Source: an uncultured euryarchaeote
Lineage (GTDB): Archaea > Thermoplasmatota > Poseidoniia > Poseidoniales > Poseidoniaceae
Direction of reading: 5' to 3'
Length of the DNA stretch: 64,000 nucleotides
NCBI GenBank assembly: GCA_937899865.1
Contig: CALBRH010000044.1
Coordinates: 78,981-142,980 of the forward strand
In this document: positions 29,555 to 37,859 of the stretch, one piece after another
Numbering within the stretch: the stretch's first letter is position 1
Layout: each line of letters starts with the position of its first letter
Notes under the pieces: model-generated
What the model was told of the DNA's origin: nothing
The model's input: only the letters and a program-made list of their open reading frames with translations
Database searches by the model: none
Program-made: the position numbers and the translations under genes

Positions 29555-30346
29555 ATGGGCAAAAAGAAAACGCTCCCTATTCTATTCGGTTTGCTAATGA
29601 TTTTCTCGGCATTCTCTGGTTGCTTTGGAGATGATTTTTTGCAATCTCCGGACAAAAAAGGCATACCTGGAGGCTTAACGTTGGCATGCCTAAGTTCGGA
29701 TGAGTATACCTCGATGGTCGTTGAAATTGATTACGAATCGGGATATATGCCTGAACAGAGTTCTGTTGATCTTCTAAAAACAAGGCTACAAGAGGTTTGT
29801 GACAAACCAAATGGTATAGATGTCCTACTTACAGAAACAAATTTTGAACATTCTGGTTCTTGGACTGCTGATGATGTAAGAGAAAAATCTTGGGAACACA
29901 AGTCTAACGACCCTCAGACCTCATCTACACTATATTGGCAAGCCATTTTTCCATCTGGAACTTATAGTGACGGGGGGGTTCTAGGTGTAGCAGTCGATGC
30001 ATCCACAGTTGCTATTTTCAAAGAAACAGTTGAAGACGCTGAAGGACCGATTTTTAATCGACCTTCTGCAGAAGAAATTGAAAATAGTGTATTAGTTCAC
30101 GAATTTGGACATTTACTTGGTTTAGTTAATTTGGTCTACAAATCACCGGTTGATCATGAGGACAAAGATCATCCCGGTCATTCAAATAATGAAGATTCAG
30201 TAATGTATTGGGCAGTAGAATCTGCAGACATAGGTACTATCATCACAGGTCAATTACCAGATGAGTTTGATAACGATGATTTGAATGACCTTTCGGGAAT
30301 CTTAAGTGGTGAAATTCCAGTTTGGGATCAACTTTGGGTTCCTTAG
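29555..30346 (+). CDS. Zinc metalloprotease lipoprotein (metzincin-like)
   Basis: Lipobox-like signal (KKK ... FSGC), HEFGH zinc motif, SVMY Met-turn; start moved to ATG 29555. Confidence 0.75.
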   Translation: MGKKKTLPILFGLLMIFSAFSGCFGDDFLQSPDKKGIPGGLTLACLSSDEYTSMVVEIDYESGYMPEQSSVDLLKTRLQEVCDKPNGIDVLLTETNFEHSGSWTADDVREKSWEHKSNDPQTSSTLYWQAIFPSGTYSDGGVLGVAVDASTVAIFKETVEDAEGPIFNRPSAEEIENSVLVHEFGHLLGLVNLVYKSPVDHEDKDHPGHSNNEDSVMYWAVESADIGTIITGQLPDEFDNDDLNDLSGILSGEIPVWDQLWVP

Positions 30347-30672
30347 TTGTTGCTTTCAGCAACCAACTTTGTTGCATCTCTCCAAGCATCAAAAATTGAA
30401 TAACCCCACAGAACAAACCAAAGAATTACTGTTAGAGCTAGTGGAATTTGTAGTAAAGCAAGGTCAAAACCCTTCTGATGTTTACGATTAAAGTGCTGAC
30501 CCAAAAATAAGAATGGTACAGCTGCAATAATTGCTGCAACCAATGGTCTTAAAGCACCCCAAAAACCTACTCCAAGAGTCATTTCTTTCCAGATCTGTCT
30601 AAATATTTTTAACCCGGTAACCAATTTATTTGGCTCCGAATTTGATTTAGAAAAACTTGACTCTGTCATCAT
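30343..30672 (-). CDS. Small hypothetical membrane protein
   Basis: 109 aa with two hydrophobic segments; TTATAT box 39 nt upstream on the minus strand. Confidence 0.6.
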   Translation of the reverse strand: MMTESSFSKSNSEPNKLVTGLKIFRQIWKEMTLGVGFWGALRPLVAAIIAAVPFLFLGQHFNRKHQKGFDLALLQIPLALTVILWFVLWGYSIFDAWRDATKLVAESNN

Positions 30673-30762
30673 GACTCAAGTAACGGTATGACTTCCACCA
30701 TGTCAATATAACGCAAGATTGTATACAAACAGGGTCAAAAGTTCAACCTCACTGGGATATTC

Positions 30763-31788
30763 ATGGCGAGAATTTTGCTGACAGGATTTGAGCCATTCGG
30801 CGACAATCTAGAAAATGTTTCAGAAAAAATACTCAATATGATTGATTCTACAATAACTGTCTGTGATCCTTGGCATAATTCAAGAAAGTCAAACATAACT
30901 TATCCTGGAATTGAAGTAACAATTGAAAAACAATTGTTGACAGTTGATAAACCAGGTTCAGTTTTAGTTTCTGATAGGATTTCTAATGGGGAAAAGTGGG
31001 ATGCAATAGTTCACATGGGGCTTTGTGAGTCATGTGATTCAATTAAATTTGAGACAACTGCTAAAAATCTTCTAGATATGAGAATCCCTGATAATTTAGG
31101 CCGCCAAATTTCAAATCAGCAACTTGGTAATACTGATTTGCATTGTAATAAGTTCGTTAAAGATGCAATTTCATATCCTTCGATTAGTGGTTTGAATTTA
31201 TCAAATGATGCGGGGACATTTCTTTGCAATGAGACCTATTTTAGAACTCTAGAATCATTGAATAAAACCGAACAATATGGTTCAATTAAAACTTGCTTTA
31301 TTCATATTCCAAGCGAGCAAAAAATTTCTTTGCAATATTCAATAAGTACTCTAAAGAAAATCATTGCGAGATTTTTTTACAAACCAGTTCTCGAAGTGGT
31401 TGGTGCATTATTGATTAGAAATGAGAAAATCATGTTAGCACGTAGAAATAGTGTGTCAAAATTATCGGGCAATTGGGAATTCCCAGGTGGTAAAGTCGAG
31501 GATGGTGAATCACATTTTTTAGCAATACAAAGAGAAATGATGGAAGAATTCAATTGTGAGGTGATTCCAATCCGATTTGTTTCAAGTAATTATCATGAGT
31601 ATACAGACTTAGCAATTAATTTACACATTGTAGAAATTAAATTAGAGATTGACGAACTGGAGACAAATAGAAAACTGTGGACTTCCCACGATAAGATTGG
31701 ATGGTTTGACAATCTTACAGGAATTAATATTGCACCTGCTGATTATGACTTAGCATTGTCAATTTTGGAGACAATCAATGCCAAGTAG
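30763..31788 (+). CDS. pcp: Pyroglutamyl-peptidase I (C15) fused to a MutT-like NUDIX hydrolase
   Basis: ILLTGFEPFG, FETTAKN (Glu), SNDAGTFLCN (Cys), FIHIP (His); NUDIX box WEFPGGKVEDGES ... REMMEEF. Confidence 0.85.
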   Translation: MARILLTGFEPFGDNLENVSEKILNMIDSTITVCDPWHNSRKSNITYPGIEVTIEKQLLTVDKPGSVLVSDRISNGEKWDAIVHMGLCESCDSIKFETTAKNLLDMRIPDNLGRQISNQQLGNTDLHCNKFVKDAISYPSISGLNLSNDAGTFLCNETYFRTLESLNKTEQYGSIKTCFIHIPSEQKISLQYSISTLKKIIARFFYKPVLEVVGALLIRNEKIMLARRNSVSKLSGNWEFPGGKVEDGESHFLAIQREMMEEFNCEVIPIRFVSSNYHEYTDLAINLHIVEIKLEIDELETNRKLWTSHDKIGWFDNLTGINIAPADYDLALSILETINAK

Positions 31789-32290
31789 ATGCATCACCAT
31801 CTTCATTCATTGTCCTTTCATCATTAATTCTTCGAGGCACTGTATCTCGCCCCTTATGCCATGTTGCAGCTTCAATCCAAGCAGGTAAATCCTCTCCACT
31901 CATCTCAATCTTTATCACACCTCCAAGAGGATTTTGGCTACCTAAATTGAATGCAATTTTGCCTGAGATTGATGCCTGTCTCAAGATTTCAAAACTGGTA
32001 GCATTGTCTTTCATATTCATACTCAATACATCTAATGCAGTATCTAATATGGCTTGCTTATGCAACAAAACGAGAAAATTATTCATCGACATATTTTCTT
32101 GTCTTAGTTCAAAATTTGACGGATTGCCAAAACTTGGATGATTCATTGGTTTTGAATTGGTGAACTCTGGGAAGATATTTTGAATACTTTGCAAAACTAA
32201 GTCTGGAGATTCAGCCCCAGTAATCTTAGAAGTAACTATTGTATTGATACCTTCATCAACTCCATTCAGTAGTATTTTGGTATCAGTCAC
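31775..32290 (-). CDS. UPF0201/COG1931-like putative RNA-binding protein
   Basis: ESPDLVLQSIQNIFP, LLHKQAILDTA, LRQASISGKIAF and PLGGVIKIE resemble the archaeal UPF0201 pattern from memory; GTG start. Confidence 0.6.
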   Translation of the reverse strand: MTDTKILLNGVDEGINTIVTSKITGAESPDLVLQSIQNIFPEFTNSKPMNHPSFGNPSNFELRQENMSMNNFLVLLHKQAILDTALDVLSMNMKDNATSFEILRQASISGKIAFNLGSQNPLGGVIKIEMSGEDLPAWIEAATWHKGRDTVPRRINDERTMNEDGDASTWH

Positions 32291-32378
32291 ATTACGGCTA
32301 AGTGTGTTTTACTCTTCAAACTGTTTATTTTAGTGTTAGAATTAGTAAGTATGAAAACAAAAAGCACAATGGTGATTC

Positions 32379-33434
32379 ATGGCAGGCGAATTCACACAAG
32401 AAGTAGCGTCTGTAATACCAGTACTAAATGAGGAATCCACAATTATCGAATGCTTAGAATCTCTATGTAATCAATCGTATCCAAAAGAATTGCATAGTAT
32501 TTACATTTTTGATGGAGGCTCAAGCGATTCTACTTATCAGTTAGTTAGCGAATTTATTGCAAATAAAGATCCCCTTTACCCTGAAATATCCTTGCACAAA
32601 AACCCTGGCAAATATGTTGCTGAGGCAAGAAATTTAGCACTTGAAATAATTCCAAATTCAGTTGATTATCTGTTGGAAATAATCGGGCATTGTACAATTG
32701 GAAAAAACCATATTGAATCGATGATTGATGTAATCAATGATTTACATAAATCTAGTGCCAAGCCAGTTGGTGCTTTAGGAGTTAAGGTTGAATCTCGTGA
32801 CGGAGATTTAGGTTTGACAGAATCTTGGATTGAAGCAGGTTTATCTTCCTCTTTGGCAAGTGGTAGTGGTCAATTCAGTAACTTTTCTGGGACCGAAAAA
32901 ACCAATGTTCCTGCTTTTTGTCTACATTCACGTAAAGCCTTAGATGATGTAGGCGGTTGGGATACATCATTTATCACCAGTCAAGATAGTGACATTTCTA
33001 TGAGAATGATTAATGCTGGCTATCAATTATACAGAACTGATGTAGTTGCTGTGAAGATGGCTAAAAGATATTCATTACTAAGTTGGGGCAAAATGGGCTT
33101 TCGCTATGGGTTTTGGCGTACTAAACTTCTGAAGCGACACCGTAGGAGAGCAAGTTTACGAGAATTTTTGCCTTGGATTGGAATAATAATTACAATGGCA
33201 TTACTTTTCAGTGGAGTTGAGTATTGGTATGTACCTGCTGGACTATATGCTGTAGTATTGGGCATTGAAGGGATTAGGACAACTATTGTAAAGCGAAATC
33301 TTTCGATGATTGTTGGAACACCTTTAGCAATTATTATTTTACATACATCTTTCTCAATTGGTTTAATTTATGGGTTGTTTGGGAAATCACGTTCTTTCAA
33401 TGATAGAGAATCAAACAATGGGAATCTAAATTAA
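32379..33434 (+). CDS. Glycosyltransferase family 2 (ExoA-like) with C-terminal TM segments
   Basis: VIPVLNEE, FDGGSSDST, AEARNLAL and SQDSDISMRM motifs; GGTGA SD. Confidence 0.88.
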   Translation: MAGEFTQEVASVIPVLNEESTIIECLESLCNQSYPKELHSIYIFDGGSSDSTYQLVSEFIANKDPLYPEISLHKNPGKYVAEARNLALEIIPNSVDYLLEIIGHCTIGKNHIESMIDVINDLHKSSAKPVGALGVKVESRDGDLGLTESWIEAGLSSSLASGSGQFSNFSGTEKTNVPAFCLHSRKALDDVGGWDTSFITSQDSDISMRMINAGYQLYRTDVVAVKMAKRYSLLSWGKMGFRYGFWRTKLLKRHRRRASLREFLPWIGIIITMALLFSGVEYWYVPAGLYAVVLGIEGIRTTIVKRNLSMIVGTPLAIIILHTSFSIGLIYGLFGKSRSFNDRESNNGNLN

Positions 33435-33453
33435 TCGTAAACATAAACAGGAA

Positions 33454-34413
33454 ATGAATGACATGGTGGAAAAGTCACTTAGCGCAAAAAGTGTTTCAGC
33501 AATGCCCATTATGTTAATGGGATTTATTCATGTTGTTGTGACTCCTTTACGAGATGTTTTTTCAATCGAGCCTTTGCTAATGATTCCATATTATCTGTTT
33601 GGAATTTTTCTCGGCATCATCATATACCGCAAATCAAGCACTGTGAAGGATTTTGAATATCGGCGCTCCAAAGTGATGAAAAAAATGAAGAATGTTTATG
33701 CTGCAGAGGAAGCAGGTGTTTGGCAAACCAATGTAGAGGTTCCAAGTGAGATTAGCAACCAATCCAATTTATCAGCAGATGTTTCACAAATTTCTAACGA
33801 AGCTCCTGAATTAGAATTATCAGATGAGGACAAGGTCGAAGTTTCGATGCTCAACGAGTCAAAAAGTGTCATTGAAGCAACAAGAAGAGTCTCGGGAGAA
33901 TCAAATTTTGATGATCAAGAGATTAAGTCGACAATCGGTGCTACTCGAAAATCAAGCCCTATGGATAGAGTTCTAGATTTCATTTCTGGCATATTTAGTA
34001 AGAAATCTGCTAATATTTCACGTGAAGAGCAACGTATTGCTGCATTAAAACGTGCATCTGAAGCCGCACCTGTAAGAGCAGAAAGACCCCAAGCACCAAT
34101 ACAATACGAACGTAATGAAGTTGACATTGGCCCTGATGCAAATTATGTAGATGATTTTAATGAGCAATCTGAACAAAATTCAAATTCTAAAGATGCTATA
34201 CAGACTCAAGAGGCTAAGGATTTTTCATCATTTAAACCATCAAATAATGTTGTAAAAGCAAGTCAAAGTTTAGAATCTATGGCTATGTTGCCTTCAAGTA
34301 ATCCTTCAAACTTTAGTCAACCATCACAAAATCAATCATCAGGTTGCAGAAGTTGCGGATATCCAACAAAGCCGGGAGATAGATTCTGTGATAATTGTGG
34401 TTTAGAATTATAA
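33454..34413 (+). CDS. Hypothetical membrane protein with a C-terminal zinc ribbon
   Basis: Two N-terminal TM segments, low-complexity middle, CRSCG ... CDNCG at the C-terminus. Confidence 0.7.
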   Translation: MNDMVEKSLSAKSVSAMPIMLMGFIHVVVTPLRDVFSIEPLLMIPYYLFGIFLGIIIYRKSSTVKDFEYRRSKVMKKMKNVYAAEEAGVWQTNVEVPSEISNQSNLSADVSQISNEAPELELSDEDKVEVSMLNESKSVIEATRRVSGESNFDDQEIKSTIGATRKSSPMDRVLDFISGIFSKKSANISREEQRIAALKRASEAAPVRAERPQAPIQYERNEVDIGPDANYVDDFNEQSEQNSNSKDAIQTQEAKDFSSFKPSNNVVKASQSLESMAMLPSSNPSNFSQPSQNQSSGCRSCGYPTKPGDRFCDNCGLEL

Positions 34414-34468
34414 TTAATTCCGTGATATTGAAAGATGTTAGAGTTACAGGTTGAACAGGGGGGGTATT

Positions 34469-35587
34469 ATGGAAGATAAGCGAGACTATTACGAAGTTCT
34501 CGGTGTTGATAAATCAGCTGACGACAAAGAGCTGAAAAATGCCTTCCGCAGTTTGGCTAGAAAGTATCATCCCGATCGTAGTACCGAAGATGACGCAGAA
34601 GATAAGTTCAAGGAGATACAAGAGGCTTATGCTGTTCTATCGGATCCAGAAAAACGGCAAATGTATGATCGCTTTGGTCATAATCAGCCAGGTGGTTCGC
34701 CATTTGGTGGCTTTGGTGGCGGCTCGTTTAATATCAACTTAGAAGATATACTGGGTGGTGATTTTTTCTCAAGTTTCTTCGGTGGCAGTTCAAGAAGGTC
34801 GAGAAATCGAGGTAATGATATAATTGTTCGATATAGTATTAATTTGGAATCGGTATTTCAAGGAACAAGTGAAGAATTAGAGATTGAATTGCCAAATTCA
34901 TGCGAGGATTGTGATGGCACTGGTGCTGAAAATGGTGATATCATTTCATGCAGTAATTGCGGTGGCCAAGGCAGGATTCGAGCAAGGCAACAAGTTGGAC
35001 CATTTGTTCAAGATGTAATTCGAGATTGTCCAACTTGTTCTGGTATTGGTCAAATTATCAAAACTAAATGTAAATCATGCAAAGGTAGTGGCCAGCAACC
35101 TAAGGAAACAAAACTTAGATTCAATATTCCTAAAGGTGCTGAAGATGGTACTAGGTTGAGAATGCGAGGTAAGGGAGAGCCCGCACATAGAGGCCGAGGT
35201 GAAAACGGTGATTTATTCATTGAATTAGAGGTTGAGGAACATGATTGGTTTGAAAGGTCTGGTGCAGATTTAATTATGTCATTGCCTCTAACATATACGG
35301 ATTTAGCTCTAGGAACTACCATAAAGTTGCCTCACATCGATGGAGGTGAATTAAAAATTACAGTTCCAAAAATGACTAATTCTGGTGAAACAATAGAGAT
35401 TAGAGGCAAAGGCCTTCCACGACTTAGAGGATCTAGTCGGGGTGATGTAGTGGTGTTAGTCAAATTACAAATGCCACGTAAATTAAGCAAAGAAGAACGG
35501 AAGTATCTTGAATCAACAAGAGAAGATTATACCGATGATGAATTGCAAGAAAGGATCAAGGACGACGCATCCAAGCGTCGCAAATAA
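34469..35587 (+). CDS. dnaJ: Chaperone DnaJ (type I)
   Basis: DYYEVLGV, HPD, G/F-rich region, four CxxCxGxG repeats; start moved to ATG 34469. Confidence 0.97.
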   Translation: MEDKRDYYEVLGVDKSADDKELKNAFRSLARKYHPDRSTEDDAEDKFKEIQEAYAVLSDPEKRQMYDRFGHNQPGGSPFGGFGGGSFNINLEDILGGDFFSSFFGGSSRRSRNRGNDIIVRYSINLESVFQGTSEELEIELPNSCEDCDGTGAENGDIISCSNCGGQGRIRARQQVGPFVQDVIRDCPTCSGIGQIIKTKCKSCKGSGQQPKETKLRFNIPKGAEDGTRLRMRGKGEPAHRGRGENGDLFIELEVEEHDWFERSGADLIMSLPLTYTDLALGTTIKLPHIDGGELKITVPKMTNSGETIEIRGKGLPRLRGSSRGDVVVLVKLQMPRKLSKEERKYLESTREDYTDDELQERIKDDASKRRK

Positions 35588-37780
35588 TTACTCTTCTTCG
35601 TCTCTGTACAGTGTTTTTGATGCCCTACAAGCAAATGGTTCACCATTCATTCGGCCATTTAGTTCAACATCCACAGATTTTGCAGAACCAGATAACTCAA
35701 CAGAAATAAATGTCTTGTTGCCCTTATTCATTGTGTCTAAAAATATCTCATAACCACTATGCAAGAATCTTGGAGTTACTGACTCAATACTCCAAGCCTC
35801 TCCTTCAGGAGAATCAAGCCGTAATGCAGCAATTTCCCAATTTCCATCTATGATGTATACGCCAATAATTAGTGGCCAAGAATCTTGTGATTTTGCAATT
35901 CTTTCATCCAACTTCCAGCAGGCAATTGCAACATTGTCAGTCCGATAAGAGATGTCAGTATCACCCCATGTTTGGCATGCATCATCCCAATCAAGAGTGG
36001 TAACTGCTTCTAGTGATTTGGCAAGTTCCTTTCTATTTTGTTTAGGACTTATACCCTCATCTAATCTTGATTTTAACCATTCTAACCTTTGCTTCTTACT
36101 GAGCAAATTCCTTGCATAACTCTTCTTCCTAATCTGTATCATGCTAATATATACTGCAGGAATTAAGAATAGTAGGCCTAGAAACCATCTAGCAACACCA
36201 CCCCATTTTTTGGCATTTTCATCGGGTGGAAACCATGGTTCTTCACCTTCATCAACTAATTCATATGTAGTAATGATTGTATATTTTGAAGGTTCATGAT
36301 AATCACCCCAAACGGAATTGACAGAATCATTTAGTAATGAAATTCTAAAGAAGTGCGTTCCTCTTGAAAATTCCATTGCTACACTTAACTTGTTCAATGA
36401 TACAGTCTTCACTTTAGATTCTACTTCAGACCAATCATCTTGATTTTTCTCGATTAATTCGATCTCGAAGTCATTGATATCGCCATCAATTTCTATCTTG
36501 ATAAAGTGTATGGAATCTTCCCATGCATCTATTTCTATTCGATAAACATCTGAAGAATCACCAATTGATTTAGTAAATTCTCCAGTAAGAGTTTGATCAT
36601 TTACATCCAATAATGGCCAAGACGAATTATTCGTAGAAATCAATATTGGAGGTAGAGATGGAGCCTCAAATCCGCTATTAATATCATCATAACTTTCATG
36701 TTCTAATTGAATGTAAAAAACATCAGCTGAAAGGGTTAATCTAACTGCATTACTCATCGGTAAAGGGAAAATTCTGTGTTGTGTATCGTGAGAAAAGTTT
36801 CCTGCTCCTGAATATAACCATTCAGTGTTGACCAGTGAGTAGAAAGTATACTCGACATCATTAATGACTGGAGTTAAGACAGGCGCAGTAGTGTCATTTA
36901 GGTCAAAAATTATAGTTTTGGTATTATGGCCAAAAATCTCTGTTGTTTCTGACAAATCCAACATTGTAGGGTTGTCTTCAGAATGAATAATTATTCCAAG
37001 AGACCAAACTGTATTGATTGTAGCAGATGACACTTTGACAATAACTCTACCATCTTCTTCAATGTTTGAGAATAATACATTTGGAGTATCAAAGTAATTC
37101 ATAACTGTGTTTGAAGATGCAACATTACCCATCTCGACTTCTGTAGTTACATTTTGAAAAAAAGCCTCAAAGGTTACATCAGAACTTGAATGTTCAAGAT
37201 AAAATTCAACAGTGTCCCCTAATGTGACTTCAAAACCAATAAATTCTGCTTGTTGATTGTCAATAACTCCAGAGATTATCTTATTTTCATCATTATTTAA
37301 TTCAGTTCTCGAACTAGATAGTATCGGAGAATTCACATCAATACAATGATTTGTTTCAAGACATTGAAAAGCATTGTATAACTCAAATGATTCACTTGGA
37401 GCAGGTCTTATTTGTGGGTAATTATCATTGACATCTACAGATGCTGAGATTTCGAAAACTTCTTGCTCAGAATTTTCGATTGTTAATTTAAGTTGCCCAT
37501 TTTCAGTAGCTTGGCCAAAATAGTTAGTATGGTTGGAATCTAATTCGATATCATTAAGTGATAATATTGAGGTACATGTTATGCAATTAGTTTGAATGCT
37601 ATACCAATTTCCTGAAACAATTTCCCAAGTATAATCGTTTTCCAAAGATAATTGAATCTCTAATTTTTCGTCTAAATGACCATTATTCGTACTATTTGAA
37701 ACAAGTGATTCAAATGTTAAACAAGTTAATGAAAGAAGTAGGCAAATGATTAGAATTAACGGTCTAACCACTCCCTGCAT
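35588..37780 (-). CDS. Hypothetical single-pass membrane protein with a large extracellular region
   Basis: Signal peptide, beta-rich extracellular part, TM near residue 535, C-terminal domain of about 175 aa. Confidence 0.7.
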   Translation of the reverse strand: MQGVVRPLILIICLLLSLTCLTFESLVSNSTNNGHLDEKLEIQLSLENDYTWEIVSGNWYSIQTNCITCTSILSLNDIELDSNHTNYFGQATENGQLKLTIENSEQEVFEISASVDVNDNYPQIRPAPSESFELYNAFQCLETNHCIDVNSPILSSSRTELNNDENKIISGVIDNQQAEFIGFEVTLGDTVEFYLEHSSSDVTFEAFFQNVTTEVEMGNVASSNTVMNYFDTPNVLFSNIEEDGRVIVKVSSATINTVWSLGIIIHSEDNPTMLDLSETTEIFGHNTKTIIFDLNDTTAPVLTPVINDVEYTFYSLVNTEWLYSGAGNFSHDTQHRIFPLPMSNAVRLTLSADVFYIQLEHESYDDINSGFEAPSLPPILISTNNSSWPLLDVNDQTLTGEFTKSIGDSSDVYRIEIDAWEDSIHFIKIEIDGDINDFEIELIEKNQDDWSEVESKVKTVSLNKLSVAMEFSRGTHFFRISLLNDSVNSVWGDYHEPSKYTIITTYELVDEGEEPWFPPDENAKKWGGVARWFLGLLFLIPAVYISMIQIRKKSYARNLLSKKQRLEWLKSRLDEGISPKQNRKELAKSLEAVTTLDWDDACQTWGDTDISYRTDNVAIACWKLDERIAKSQDSWPLIIGVYIIDGNWEIAALRLDSPEGEAWSIESVTPRFLHSGYEIFLDTMNKGNKTFISVELSGSAKSVDVELNGRMNGEPFACRASKTLYRDEEE

Positions 37781-37827
37781 GTTACGGCGTCGGGTTTGTC
37801 ATGTTTGAAGTTAGGGTTTAGAAGGAA

Positions 37828-37845
37828 TTATTCTTGTACGAATAA
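37828..37845. promoter_or_regulatory. Palindrome TTATTC-N6-GAATAA between divergent genes (possible operator)
   Basis: Perfect 6-bp inverted repeat in the 79-nt divergent intergenic region. Confidence 0.3.
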
Positions 37846-37859
37846 CATTAGCATCATCT

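Noticed and set aside
34458-34464. G7 tract before dnaJ (also G7 at 29972-29978 and an A-run at 624-631) as phase-variation sites
   Set aside because: Too short, SD-like or in frame, and no frameshifted ORF is associated.
34469-35587. dnaJ without adjacent dnaK/grpE
   Set aside because: Split chaperone loci are common; not informative from one window.
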